NCBI GenBank assembly: GCA_030390025.1
Contig: CM059432.1
Span: forward strand, 148,492,001-148,556,000
Length of the DNA: 64,000 bases
Source: Squalus acanthias
Taxonomy: Eukaryota
Direction of reading: 5' to 3'
Positions 25,145 through 38,290 of this stretch are shown here, one piece after another (position 1 is the stretch's first letter; each line of letters begins with the position of its first letter). The notes under the pieces are model-generated. The model saw nothing but the letters and a program-made list of their open reading frames with translations. It was not told the origin of the DNA and did no database searches. Made by a program: the position numbers and the translations under genes.

Positions 25145-26185
25145 GCGTCAGCCTTAGCTCAGGAGTAGCACGCTTGCCTCTGAGTCAGACGGTTTGTGTG
25201 GTCAAGCCCCACTCCAGAGATTTCAGTCCATAATCTAGGCTGATACTTCAGTGCAGTACTGAGGGAGTGCTGCCATGTCAGAGGTGCCGTCTTTTGGAGG
25301 AGATGTTAAACCGAGGTTCTTACAGGCGGATGTAAAAGATCCCACAGGGCTATTTGAAGAAGAACAGGGGAGTTCTTCTAGTGTACTGGACAATATTTAT
25401 CCATCAACCAACATCACTAAAACACATTGGGGGTAAAATTGAGTCACGCCCCCTTTGGGGCGCTACTTTTAGCGCCCTGAAAAAATTAGCGCCCCCGCGG
25501 CCGGGATTCATCAGTAGCGCCCCAAGAGGGAAGCGGGGCGCTGCGAGGGAACTGCGGTACTGCAGGTCTTCCTCCTCTTCTTAAAGGGGAGGGGCCTTGT
25601 GCAGCGCGACCCGGGGCCCAGCTGGGCCACCAGGGATCGGAGTGCCGGCAAAAGAGCCCGGCACTCAAGAGGAGTACCGGGCTCACGGAGCGCAGCCGGC
25701 ACTCCGCGGGGGGTGCTGCTGAGGAGGCCGGGGACGGCAATGGGGGCAGGTGCTGGCAGGCGGCCAGCAACAAAAATGGCCGCCCGGCACCTCGCATTTA
25801 ATTAGCGCCACCCTGGCCGCAGGTAGGCCCCACCTGACCCTGTCGGACATAGCGTCCGGCGGTAAGTCAGGGGGGCGCTACTGAAGATCGCGGCCGGGGC
25901 GCGAGCGGGGCGCTGCGCACGGTGATGACGTCATTGCCAGCGGTGCAGCACCACAGGGCGCTAGTTGCTTTGCGCCCCGTTAGCGCCCAGGCGCAAAGCA
26001 ACCGAATTTTTCCCGCATTATCTGGTCATTTATCTCATTGCTGTTTGTGGAATCTTGCTGTGTACAAATTCGCTGTGGCGTTTCCTACATAACAACAGTG
26101 AATAGACATAAAAATACTTAATTAGCTTTTGGATGTGCTGAAATTACAAAACACACTGTAACAATGCCAGTTCTTTCTTTCCTTC
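25145..26185 (+). mobile_element. DeuSINE interrupted by a GC-rich MITE
   Basis: Head and Deu core at 25145-25428; sequence resumes with attatctggtcatt at 26017. Confidence 0.8.
25429..26016. mobile_element. GC/CpG-rich Harbinger-type non-autonomous element
   Basis: Ends GGGGGTAAAATT / AATTTTTCCCGC; TSD ATT; cleanly splits a DeuSINE; shorter relative at 51094-51269. Confidence 0.75.
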
Positions 26186-27611
26186 TTTTCTTTTGCCCTC
26201 CTAGTTACAAGGGCTGTTTAACCTGTAGTACGGGCGCCTGGAATTTCGGTGGGTTCTTCTGACCTCCTGCCGTAACTTCAGCAGAAGATCGGCGGAAACC
26301 CTGGAGAAATGGCATAAAAGGCCACTTGCCCCATTTCCCTGGGGTTTGCGCCAAGTTACAGCGAGATATCAGGAAACCTTTGCAGTGATTCTACCTGAGA
26401 ATGTACAGAAAGTGGGTTCAGGTAGTTATCCCTGAAATAGTTTGCATCATTGCAATGTTTAAGCAAAGAGAATTAATCACAGGTAAAAAGAACCATTTCC
26501 CAATTAAACTTCTCAGTCAGAATTTCCGGCGAGGGTAATTCACCCCTATTCTGACAGTGTGCGACCTTATCTTGTGCATTATAAAGATATCGGTGGAGAA
26601 TTTCCGCAGGGTTTTCTCGATCTCCCGCCATAACTTGTGGAAATGGCTGCTTTTAGCCATTATAGCCATTTTTCGGGAGGTTCCGCCCAAGTTGCAGCAG
26701 TAGATTCGGTGGAACACCATGGAAGTCCCAGGTGATTACCGGGTAAATGATACTTTCATAAGCCAATTACAAAGCGCTTTTACATTGCGATGGCAGTGCC
26801 CGATTCCCGAAGTAGTAGATCATGTGCAACCAACCACAGGCTAACTGTAAAACCCCCAGCGTCACTGCGACTGGCAGCCCAAAAAAATCTGTTAAAAACA
26901 ACCTTCCCGGCAGCCGGTCTGAGCAAGTCCTGGTGGTTTTACCCTTGGCCTTTGGCTAGCTGCGTGAGGCCTGCGTTTTGGCCCCCACCAGCACGGGTCT
27001 CGAGCAGTGTTTAAACGCCTACACTGGCCATTTCTCATCACTTCAGTAAGGCTTCCTCTGCATTGCCACACAAGAACCTGAGTTTGGGATTTGGTGTGGG
27101 GTGCGAGCCCAGCCACCAGGAGGTAGTCTCCCACTACTTGAGATTCATGCAGGCTGAAGTATACCTGCAACTGATGCCAAGCCAAGACCCATCAAATGGT
27201 ACTGAGACTCATTCATATTGGTTTAATGTCACCCACTTTAATCTATCTCCCTCTTAAAAGCAAACACAGCTCCATATGTTTAAATAGCTTGCGATCAATC
27301 AGGCTTCTTTTGACCATATATCTCATTGCTAACATTTCCCTTATGGTGACAGTTTGGTACCGAGCAAATTGAAGTTTGAGAAGACCCAGGTGGCTTGCTG
27401 GATCACCCCTAATGTTAGAAACTTGCTGATTGTTCTCGTGACTTATTGGTCACATTAAAAGTGGCACCAGTCAAGGAGCAGAGCTCTGCTCTTCCCTGAT
27501 TGCAAGTGAGGCAGTGAAGTAGACTTCTCTGAATTTACTTGTAGTGAAAATGGAGCACAATACTGCACTTACACACAGAATAACGACTGCAGCTTAAACC
27601 AATGTACATCA

Positions 27612-28025
27612 GCCTATACTCATTGGAGTTTCGAAGAATGAGAGGTTATCTTATTGAAACATACTGAGGGGGCTCGACAGGGTAGATGCAGAGAGGATGT
27701 TTCCCTTCGTGGGGGAATCTAGAACTCGGGGGCATAGTTTCAGAATAAGGGGTCGCCCTTTTAAAACTGAGATGAGGAGGAATCTCTTCTCTCAGAGGGT
27801 CATATATCTGTGGAATTCTCTGCCCCAGAGAGCTGTGGAGGCTGGGTCATTGAATACATTTAAGGTGGAGATAGACAGGTTTTTGAACAATAAGGGAGTG
27901 ATGGGTTATGGGGAGCGGGCAGGAAAATGGAGCTGAGCCCAAGATCAGCCATGATCTCATTGAATGGTGGAGCAGGCTCGAGGGGGCAAGTGGCCTATTC
28001 CTGCTCCTATTTCTTATGTTCTTAT
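27612..28025 (+). mobile_element. CR1 3' fragment
   Basis: MFPFVGESRTRGHSFRIRGRPFKTEMRRN plus 3' UTR and ttcttatgttctta tail. Confidence 0.9.
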
Positions 28026-28334
28026 AAAAGCTTCTTTTCTGTCAATCTTATGTTGTGACTCTCTCAGTCCAGGTCTTCCACAACTAACGGTGAGATGAAG
28101 GTAAAACTGATGGATTTTGTTGGACTGGCAGCCAGGAACACCTATTTTCCACTAGGTCTAACACTAGTCCCTCAGAGCGCTACATTGGCAGAAGGGTGAT
28201 GTGTTATATTCTTGGAACACCTCCGTTGATATCGCTTCATGACATCATCACGTGTGAAACGCCACCATAACAATGTAACACTGGAACTTACTTTGGTGCA
28301 CGAGACGTCAGACTGATCGGGATGTTATCCTCAG

Positions 28335-28728
28335 TTCATCTCAAAGCGTTTCACAGCCAATAATTTACTTTTGAAGTGCAGTCACTATTGTGTCAGCAGG
28401 TTTTGTACAGCAAGATCCCACAGGCAGCAAATAAGATGAATGTCCACTTAATCTGGTTTTTTTTTTGGTGGCGTTGGGCGATCAGGATACCAGGAGAACA
28501 CCCTGCTCTTCCTTGAACAGTGCTGTGTGATGGCTCATGTCCACCAGAACAAGCAGACAGAGCCTTGATTTAATGCCTCAGCTAAAAGAAGACACCTCCG
28601 ACAATGCGGCTCCCTCAGTATTGCACTGGGACACACAATCTAGGCTGACACTCAAGCCCTCCAGTAGGGCCTGAACCGACAACCTTCTGGCTTGGAAACG
28701 AGAGTGCCACCAAATGAGTCAATCTGAC
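28335..28728 (-). mobile_element. DeuSINE (diverged copy)
   Basis: Reverse-complement similarity to 51840-52312, including ctccctcagtattgcactgg and aatctaggctgacactcaagcc. Confidence 0.75.
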
Positions 28729-29025
28729 AAAACGACAAGCCCACCCCCCTGCCACTACAGTCGCACTTATCACGTCATTGTTACTGATTATTGAGACTGC
28801 TGAGGGTGAAACCACTGCTCTGAACCCAGTCCTATTCCTCTTATATCTGGTAAGCTTCTGCATGCAATACCAACAGACAGCAAGAAATGAACTGTGACAT
28901 CCACATGAAACCAAAGCAAAGCAGTCTCCTCTTTCGGGCAATCACATCATTTCTCAACAAAGGCCCAGTAAATTAAATCACTGGTTTTAAGCCCCAACGT
29001 CAGTGACTAACTGTTAGAGATCCTA

Positions 29026-29238
29026 AATAACAACAGAAAACGCTGGAAAAACTCAGCAGGCCAGGCAGCATCCGTGGAGAGAGAAACAGAGTTAACGTTT
29101 CAGGTCGAAGAACTTTCGTCTCAGACCTGAAACGTTAACTCTGTTTCCCTCTCCGCGGATGCTGCCTGGCCTGCTGAGTTTTTCCAGCGTTTTCTGTTGT
29201 TATTTCGGATTTCCAGCATCCGCAGTATTTTGCTATTG
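29026..29238. mobile_element. Penelope-type fold-back mini-element (second family)
   Basis: 82-bp inverted arms at 29025-29106 and 29124-29205 (2 mismatches) plus a unique tail; 14-bp TSD TGTTAGAGATCCTA at 29012-29025 and 29239-29252. Confidence 0.8.
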
Positions 29239-29619
29239 TGTTAGAGATCCTACTTCTGGCTCAGTATGTCAATAAAACTATGCACCTTAAGATTAATTAA
29301 AAATCAATTATGTTTTGGCATTAATTGGAGGGCCCTAATATTTATCATATACTCTCTACACAGATTGATTGATGTGCAGGGAGCATGCTTGGTCTGCAGG
29401 GCAGGATAACCAGTGAATCAGCAGCTCTTAAAGGGATGCCGCTCAGAATTAAAGTACAGTTGCACATTCAAAAATGGAAAGTCTTGTTGCTAGGAATTGA
29501 GATGGGAAGCAAGGATAGACAGGAGCAAGAATGCTCCTTTGAGGATGTAGGTCTACAGGTCTTACTCCAGGAAGTGTTGCAAAGCAGGGTTGCTATGTTT
29601 GAAGCAAGACTACACACCC

Positions 29620-30345
29620 GTAGGGGCCTTGCAAGTGTCGGTTTCAGGCATGCGAAGCGCAAGCGCTGAAAACCGGCACATCCGATCTGTCAAGAATGCT
29701 CCTGACAGATCCTCCGCCTGCCCGGGAGAAGGGCCTCTGCGTGGGGGGGGGGGGGGGGGGGGAAGAGTTCCGCTTTCTGCACAACCTCCGCCCGCTGAAA
29801 ACCTTTAAAAATCTTACGCCTGGTAAAAGCCTGCGTACGGCCAGCTTTTACCAGCATAAGACTTGAAAAAAGTAAAAAAAAAAAATTTTCACTCATTTAT
29901 AATTTTTAAATATTTAAAAAAATGTAAGTTTATTTTTAGCCCTGTAAAAAACTTCAATTTTTTTTTCAAAAAATTAAATTTTTGTTTAAAATATTTAACT
30001 TAATGTAATTTTAACTAATTTTAAATACGTGATCCAAAAAAAATTATTTAATGTTTAACTGTTTTTTAAGTGATCCCCATTCATACTTTTGACAGTTCTG
30101 TGCGGAGAGACCTGTCAAAAGTATGAAGGGGATTCCCTTCTTTGATTGGTTCCCCATGGCCCACGTGATCCCAGGGATGCTTGCGAACCGCCTGCGCCCC
30201 GGGATACCTGGGCCTCTGCCCGCGCGGACCCGGCGAGGCCCAGGAGCGGAAGTCTCGCGACCTACGGAGCCAGCAGGTAAGTGCGTAGATTTTTCCCGAT
30301 CGGAGGCATCCGCCCGCAGGAAGCCTCCGATCGGAAAATCCGGCC
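29620..30345. mobile_element. Probable Harbinger-type non-autonomous element; left end unclear
   Basis: GC-rich subterminal regions around an AT-rich core. Right end aaaatccggccc resembles the AAAATCCAGCCC TIR at 17354. Confidence 0.5.
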
Positions 30346-30959
30346 CAATATATTTCTAGCTGTTATGACCGATGGATGTAAAGATTGCATTGACTCGCTC
30401 AGCCACATCCAGTTTGGCTGCCAATGCTATCTCCCATGTATTGAGAATGACGGAAAAAGAAATCTCCTGGACTCAGGAAGATTGCCAAGGAAGAGGAGCC
30501 ACACTTTGCCGACTTTTCATGTATGGTCTTCTGTTGAATGCTAACAACAATTCAGTCTCACCTTGCTGTAGCTTCACTGAGGCAGCGTACAAAGCACTCA
30601 GGGAACCTCGAGCTCTTCGATATGTGCACATCAATGCCCGTGTTGATGCAGGGCAGAATTTGTTGCTGGCTCAGAAATATCACACACAAATCTTATAAAA
30701 TTAGGATCATGAAGCACGCTGTCAACAGAAGCATGCTGTGTGTTTATGGACTCACAGCAAGGTGGCATGCAGACTGGGCACTTGGGTGCCACTGTCTCTA
30801 CTCTTCCAAATTCCAACATATGCATGTTTTGCATCTGCCTACAGAAAAAGGTGGCACTTAACAGGAGGCAGGAACAGCAGACCGTAGAGGGTCCTCCCAA
30901 CTTTCATAAACTGGCAAGTACAAGGAGTCCTCCTTCCAAACTCTCAAACCAACATCATA

Positions 30960-31250
30960 GTAGGAGTGGGAGTAGGGACGTTGAGAGGCCTTCCCAAATT
31001 CAGGGCAAGTATCCTTGTTGCTTTGGGTGGTGGTGTTGTGCAATTGGCAGGAGGATACTATGATCTTTGAGACCTTGGGGAGCAACACCCTATCCAGGCA
31101 TCTGAACCTTTGTTTTAACAATCTGATGAACTTCAGTACCACAATCCCGGTGGCTGTATGTGCTTTATTACATTGATTTCTGCTCTTGTTCATGGCTGTT
31201 TCAAGGGAGCCATGGCAAAATAAAATATTCGTAGTTCCTGAGGAGCCATC
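30960..31250 (-). pseudogene. Highly decayed Harbinger transposase C-terminal remnant
   Basis: NKAHTATGIVVLKFIRLLKQRFRCLD...PKVSKIIVSSCQLHN resembles the HARBI1-type motif N.AH..TR..VE..IG.LK.RFRCLD...C.LHN. Confidence 0.6.
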
Positions 31251-31528
31251 CATTCAGTCTAATTACAGGTGAGGAAGGCCATTCAGCCCACCTCAGCTCA
31301 TCCATCCAGAATGCCCCTTAAGACCCGTCACTGTAGCATCCAATTGGTTCTTAAATGATTCCAAACTTTTTGCCTGCACTACTTTATGTGAAGAAAAACA
31401 TTCCGACATCAGAGCTAAATTTACCTTTTACTAGTTTGTACCTGTGTCCTCTTGTTCTACACTCGCAATTTATTCCAGTCATTTTTTTGATTTACCTTTT
31501 CCATACCATTTACAATCTGATACGCCTA

Positions 31529-32255
31529 CATAAGAACATAAGATGTAGGAGCAGGAGTCAGTCATTCGGCCCCTCGAGCCTGCTCCGCCATTCAATAAGA
31601 TCATGGCTGATCTGATCTTGGCCTCAACTCCACTTCCCTGCCCGCTCCCCATAACCCTTGACTCCCTTATCGTTCAAAAATCTGTCTATCTCCACCTTAA
31701 ATATATTCAATGACCCAGCCTCCACAGCTCTCTGGGGAAGAGAATTCCAAAGATTCACGACCCTCCGAGAGAAGAAATTGCTCCTCATTTCCAATTTAAA
31801 TGGGTGCCCCCTTATTCTGAAATTACGTCCCCTAGTTCGAGATTCCACCACGAGGGGAAACATCCTCTCTGCATCTACCCTGTCAAGCCCCTTCAGAATC
31901 TTATATGTTTCAATAAGATCCCCTCTCATTCTTCTAAACTCCAATGAGTATAGGCCCAACCTGCTCAACCTTTCTTCATAAGGCAACCCTTTCATCTCCG
32001 GAATCAACCTCGTGAACCTTCTCTGAACTGCCTCCAATGCAAGTATATCCTTCCTTAAATAAGGAGAACAAAACTTTACCCAGTACTCCAGGTGTGGTCT
32101 CACCAACGCCCTGTACAGTTGTAACAGGACTGCCCTACTTTTATACTCCATTCCCTTTGCAATAAAGGCCAACATTCCATTTGCCTTCCTAATTACTTGC
32201 TGTACCTACATGCAAACTTTTTGTGATTCATGTACAAGGACCCCCAGATCCCTCT
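31529..32255 (-). mobile_element. CR1 3' fragment
   Basis: 183-aa ORF MLAFIAKGMEYK...LVRPHLEY...GYGERAGKWS plus 3' UTR. Confidence 0.92.
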
Positions 32256-33178
32256 ATAAGATCACGTCTCAGATGCCTCCCTTCAAGGATGAAGAACCTG
32301 AGACACTCTAGCCTTTCCTGTTACCAAAAAACCCAGCAAGTAACCCTGCATAACTCACTGATAAAAGAGCAGGAATACTGTGGGTACATGCTCTTCAAAG
32401 TGGCAATGATGCACCGGAGAAAGATCAATCAAGGACAACCTGGATGATTCCAATCGTTAAGGCTCTAATTTGTGAAGACAGGCTCAGGGACCTGAACTTG
32501 CTTTTATTAGAGGGATGTGATTTGGTTTTCTTTTAAATGAGAGACATTCATAATAATTGATGTGAGCAGGTCACTTAACCAAAACTATAACTACAGAACT
32601 GCAGGAAATGTGTCCTAAATTAACTTGCTACAAAGCAAAGCCAGGGATTAGAAGTTGAAAAATTCAAAAGGAACATGGGATCAGGGCATCAACATCGGGG
32701 GATCTGACAAAACATTTGATACAGCTGCACTACTGAACTATAGTTCAAGTCAGTGACATCACTGCTAATTCAATGGAATCATTTTTCTTTATCACTGTAT
32801 CCAAGTCGGAGATACAGGCTTCCTCATTAGATAAGGTTTGAACCCAACAGCCAGAAAGCTTTGTTTTGCTGTCGTCAATGCAATTTCCCTTCCTAGTTGT
32901 TGAAATGGAGGGAGACACCAAGGAAAACGAATCACCAAACTGCTGTTATGAATCCTTTCTTTGACAGACTTTGTACTTTTAAGTTACAACCAAAATAAAC
33001 TTGGAGCCACAGGAGATACCATTACACCCTGCCTTGAATAGCTCGGCTTCTAAAACCTGGTAAAGCAGCCTGGGTTTTAACAACTCACAAGTCAGGCACA
33101 GTCTGGGTTTCAGTTCCAAAAAGGCAGATCAAAGATTTCCAGCCTTATGAGTTCAAGATGCATCTACTGTTTACAAAC

Positions 33179-33329
33179 CTTCTGCCACATTTTGATGAAG
33201 AAGAGCTCTTGAGAGAAGTTAAAATAAACGTTGGTGTCATATGCATCATCTCCTGCATTTCGAATAGTCACATTCACAGAGATGTTCTTCACTGCCCCCA
33301 AGGCGAGGAAAGCCTTGTGCTCATCAACG
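33179..33329 (-). CDS. itga9: Integrin alpha-9 coding exon (151 nt)
   Basis: tttttccag|C GTT GAT...CAG AAG|gtttgt = (S)VDEHKAFLALGAVKNISVNVTIRNAGDDAYDTNVYFNFSQELFFIKMWQK. Closely matches ITGA9 LALGAVKNISLNISISNLGDDAYDANVSFNVSRELFFINMWQK; phase joins the previous exon. Confidence 0.96.
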
Positions 33330-33514
33330 CTGGAAAAAAAAATCAGAAAGCAGAAATAAATCAGCATGCTGTACTGTTCAGGGTCATCATGCAGCCCTGC
33401 TGTAGTTGGGGTGAAGAGTAGACATCAAGTACCTCCATAATTTAAGTTTGTGTAGCTAAAGACAAATGTTCAGCGATATCTAGTCAGCAACATCTGAGCC
33501 TTTGCTAAAGTTTT

Positions 33515-33620
33515 TTTTTATTCGTTCCTGGGATGTGGGCGTCGCTGGCAAGACCAGCATTTATTGCCCATCCCTAATTGCCCTGGAGAAGCTGATGGTG
33601 AGCCGTGCGGTGAAGGTTTT
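33515..33620 (-). mobile_element. 3' tail fragment of the second CR1-group LINE family
   Basis: gggatgtgggcgtcgctggcaagaccagcatttattgcccatccctaattgccct, as at 35365-35425. Confidence 0.8.
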
Positions 33621-33967
33621 CCGAGCAGTTTTATACTGTTTCCATCCATGACTAATGCCCTATGGATATTAACGGAGCCAGTGCCTCTAATTGTGAATTA
33701 GAGCTAGCTTTTTTAAATCTCATTTTTAAAATGTATTTCATAGGAAAGTAAAAGGCCAGAAGCTGGCCGGTCCCAAAGATAGAGCACAGTTCAGGCAAAA
33801 ATAGAGAGGCAGCAAGAAATCAGAAAGTGTTGATCATGGTCAGGGAAGGGGATGGGGATGGGGAGGGGTTTAAAGCCCAGTAAATGTGAAATAGGTAATT
33901 TCCTAGAGATCAGAGTAGAGTTTTCCATTCATTTGAATGGACACGACTGACAGAATATAATGTCATA

Positions 33968-34619
33968 GGGCTGGATTTTGATACTGGGGCAGGTTGGGGT
34001 CGTGTTATCCACCCGACTGCAATTGGATGTGGGAGATTGATGCAATTTTCACCTAATTGGGCAATTGAGTTCCAGCATGTGGGAACCCATGACCCAATTA
34101 GTGTTTTCAGTCTGAAAGTCGCCTCTGATGATGTCATCATTGCTGCTGCATTGAAGGTCAGAGACTGCCTGGCCTTTGCTGTGAGAGGACCTGGATGCAA
34201 AATGAGCAGCAGCTCTAAGTCTAGAGAGAGGACCTGAAGGCACCCTACGTCTGCTCCCAGATATTTTTCCTACTACTACTTCTCCATTGTATAAGTGGAC
34301 CTGCAGCTGATAGTCAGCTTTCGAAATGTGCTCCCGCCAGGTTTCACAATCGTGTTTCAGAACAGGCGTGCTTCACGTAAAACAAATCACAAAGGCCTTT
34401 CAAAATGGCATTATAGAGCAAATTTAGTGCTTGTTAAGGGCCTTAACAACCTAGCCCGCCTCTTAAAGGCGGGACGGAGTCGGGACCAGCAGACACGATT
34501 TAATGAAAATTGCGTGGAGGCGGGATGGAGGCGGACTTGTGCCCGCCCGCCAGTTTTCGCAATTTTAACCCCCCCACACGCCTCCAAACCCGCCTCCACG
34601 GGTCAATGAAAATCAGCCC
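33968..34619. mobile_element. PIF/Harbinger-type MITE, copy 2
   Basis: TIRs GGGCTGGATTTT / AAAATCAGCCC; TSD ATA; colinear with 16701-17354. Confidence 0.85.
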
Positions 34620-35351
34620 ATACTCTCAGAAAGATTTTTATGTCCTAAACTGAAGATGTGATTATGCACTGTTTCAAACCAAGTTTTTTTGCTCAGCATA
34701 AAAGCCAGAGATACATTTTTTATACCTAACACACCAATACACCTATATCCAAATCTTTCTAACATATAGTATACATGGAACATAGAATTTGCTGCAGATT
34801 ATTTCTGAAAATACATCATAGGATAAATTTAATTAGTTACCATTCCTAGTGCAGAAACTTACTGCACAATCACAGGTCCACGCCCAATTCGTGGCACTCC
34901 CATTTTCCAGTGACTGCCATCCAGACCTCTCTCCTTCACCCGCACCCCTCCCGTTACCCACAGTCCCCACTGAAGAGGGAAGTGAGATAGCGTGGCGGTA
35001 GGAATAGGGATCTAGTGAGCGAAAAATTGGGAGGGGGTGCAAATCGGGTGTACTGACCGATTATCCGATCTGCTCTACTATCAAGAGCACATTAGGAGCG
35101 CTAACTCAGAAAATTACCGCCATATTTGTTAATCGTGTACAAACATATTGTGGGCACTGAGCATACAGTCAATTGTGCCCACACCAACAGGCTACCAGCT
35201 TCAAGGCTAGAGTGAGCCCCACATAAAGTAAAAATTGTTTCATGAAGGGATTTAAAATCTGTCTTCTAATGTTCAAGATGGACTTAAACTGATCAAGGTT
35301 TACTCTTACAAGTTCTGATGTCATTGGAATTCAGATAACCACCTCATAATT

Positions 35352-38290
35352 TTTTAAATTCATTCATGGGATGTGGGCGTCGCTGGCAAGGCCAGCATTT
35401 ATTGCCCATCCCTAATTGCCCTTGAGAAGGTGCTGGTGAGCCGCCTTCTTGAACCGCTGCAGTCCGTGTGGTGAAGGTACTCCCACAGTGCTGTTGGGGA
35501 GGGAGTTCCAGGATTTTGAACCAGCGACGATGAAGGATCGGCGATATACTTCTAAGTCAGGATGGTGTGTGACTTGGAGGGGAACTTGGAGGTGGTGGTG
35601 TTCCCATGCGTATGCTGTCCTTGTCCTTCTAGGTGGTAGAGGTCACGGGATTGAGAGGTGCTGCCGAAGAAGCCTTGGCGAGTTGCTGCAGTGCATCTTG
35701 TAGATGGTACACACTGCAGCCACAGTGCGCCGGTGGTGGAGGGAGTGAATGTTTAAGGTGGTGGTTGGGCTGTTTTGTCCTGGATGGTGTCGAGCTTCTT
35801 GAGTGTTGTTGGAGCTGCACTCATCCAGGTAAGTGGAGAGTATTCCATCACACTCCTTACTTGTGCCTTGTAGATGGTGGAAAGGCTTTGGGGAGTCAGG
35901 AGGTGAGACACTTGCCGCAGAATACCTAGCCTCTGACCTGCTCTTGTTGCCACAGTATTTATGTAGTTGGTCCAGTTAAGTTTCTGGTCAATGGTGACCC
36001 CCAGGATGTTGATGGTGGGGGATTCGGCGATGGTAATGCCGTTGAATGTCAAGGGGAGGTGGTTAGACTCTCACTTCTCGGAGATAGTCATTGCCTGGCA
36101 CTTCTGTGGCGCGAATGTGATCTGCCACTTATCAGCTCAAGCCTGAACGTCGTCCAGGTCTTGTTGCATGCGGGCATGGACTGCTTCATTATCTGAGGAG
36201 TTGTGAATGGCATTGAACACTGTGCAGTCATCAGCGAACATCCCCATTTCTGACCTTCTGATGGAGGAAAGGTCATTGATGAAGCAGCTGAAGATGGTTG
36301 GGCCTAGGACACTGCCCTGAGGAACTCCTGCAGTGATGTCCTGGGGCTGTGATGATTGACCTTCAACCACCATAGCCATCTTCCTTTGTGCTAGGTATGA
36401 CTCCAGCCAGTGGAGGGTTTTCCCTCCGATTCCCATTGACTTCAGTTTTACTAGGGCTCCTTGATGCCACACTCAGTCAAATGCTGCCTTGATGTCAAGA
36501 GCAGTCACTCTCACCTCACCTCTGGAATTCAGCTCCTTTGTCCATGTTTGGACCAAGGCTGTAATGAGGTCGGGAGCCGAGTAGTCTTGGCGGAACCCAA
36601 ACTGGGCATCAGTGAGCAGGCTATTGGTGAGTAAGTGCCGTTTAATAGCACTGTTGATGACACCTTCCATCACTTTGTTGATGATTGAGAGTAGTCTGAT
36701 GGGGCGGTAATTGGCCGGATTGGATTTGTCCTGCTTTTTGTGGACAGGACATACCTGGGCAGTTTTCCACATTGTCGGATAGATGCCAGTGTTGTAGCTG
36801 TACTGGAACAGCTTGGCTAAAGGCGCGGCTAGTTCTAGAGCAGAAGTCTTCAGCACGATAGCCGGGATGTTGTCGGGGCCCATAGCCTTTGCTGTATCCA
36901 GTGCGCTCAGCCGTTTCTTGATATCACGTGGAGTGAAATGAATTGGCTGAAGACTGGCTTCTGTGATGGTGGAGACCTCAGGAGTAGGCCGATAAGGATC
37001 ATTCACTCGGCACTTCTGGCTGAAGATGGTTGCAAACGCTTCAGCCTCGTCTTTTGCACTCACGTGCTGGGCTCCACCATCATTGAGGATGGAGATGTTC
37101 ATGGAGCCGCCTCCTCCCATTAATGTTGTTTAATGGTCCACCACCATTCACGACTGGATGTGGCAGGACTGCAGAGTTTTGATCTGATCCGTTGATTGTG
37201 GCATCGCTTAGCCCTGTCTTTAGCATGCTGCTTCCGCTTTTTAGCATGCACGTAGTCCTGTGTTGCAGCTTCCCCAGGTTGGCACCTCATTTTTAGGTAC
37301 ACCTGGTGCTGCTCCTGGCATGCTCTTCTACACTCCTTATTGAACCAGGGTTGGTCTCCTGGCTTGATGGTAATGGTAGAGTGTGGGATATGCCGGGCCA
37401 TGAGGTTACAGATTGTGGTGGAATACAATTCTGCTGCTGCTGATGGCCCACAGCATCTCATGGATGCCCAGTTTTGAGCTGCCAGATCTGTTCTGAATCT
37501 ATCCATTTAGCACGGTGCTAGTGCCACACAACACGATGGAGGGTGTCCTCAGTGTGAAGACGGAACTTTGTCTCCATAATGACTGTGTGGTGGTCACTGC
37601 TACCAATACCGTCATGGACAGATGCATCTGCGACAGGTAGATTGGCGAGGACGAGGTCAAGTAGGTTTTTCCCTCGTGTTGGTTCTCTCACCACCTGTCG
37701 CAGGCCCAGACTGGCAGATATGTCCTTCAGGACTTGGCCAGCTCGGTCAGTAGTGGTGCTACCGAGCCACTCTTGGTGATGGACATTGAAGTCCCCCACC
37801 CAGAGTACATTCTGTGCCCTTGCTACTCTCAGTGCTTCTTCCAAGTGGTGTTCAACATGGAGGAGTACTGATTCATCAGCTGAGGGAGGGCGGTAGGTGG
37901 TAATCAGTAGGCGGTTTCCTTGCCCATGCTTGACCTAAAGCCATGAGACTTCATGGGGTCCGGAGTCAATGTTGAGGACGCCCAGGGCCACTCCTTCCCA
38001 ATTGTATACCACTGTGCCGCCAGCTCTGGTGGGTCTGTCCTGCCGGTGGCACAGGACATACCCTGGGATGGTGATGGAGGAGTTTGGGACATTGGCTGAA
38101 AGGTATGATTCTGTGAGTATGACTATGTCAGGCTCTTGCTTGACTAGTCTGTGGACAGCTCTCCCAATTTTGGCACAAGTCCCCAGATGTTGGTGAGGAG
38201 GACTTTGCAGGGTCGACTGGGCTGGGTGTGTCGTTGCCGTGTCCGTAGCCGGTGCCGAGATCGATGCCGGGTGGTCCGTCCGGTTTCATT
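35352..38290 (-). mobile_element. Near full-length APE+RT ORF of a second CR1-group LINE family, disrupted by stops and frameshifts
   Basis: APE motifs LLTNIWGL, VGDFNVHH, LLDLVL, SSDHHTV; RT motifs KAMGPDNI, NYRPI, QFGFR, LDIKAAFD, GVPQGSVLGP, FADD; intact 3' tail. Confidence 0.9.

Noticed and set aside
25429..26016. CpG island or internal promoter
   Set aside because: The CpG-rich segment coincides exactly with a TSD-flanked insertion in a SINE.
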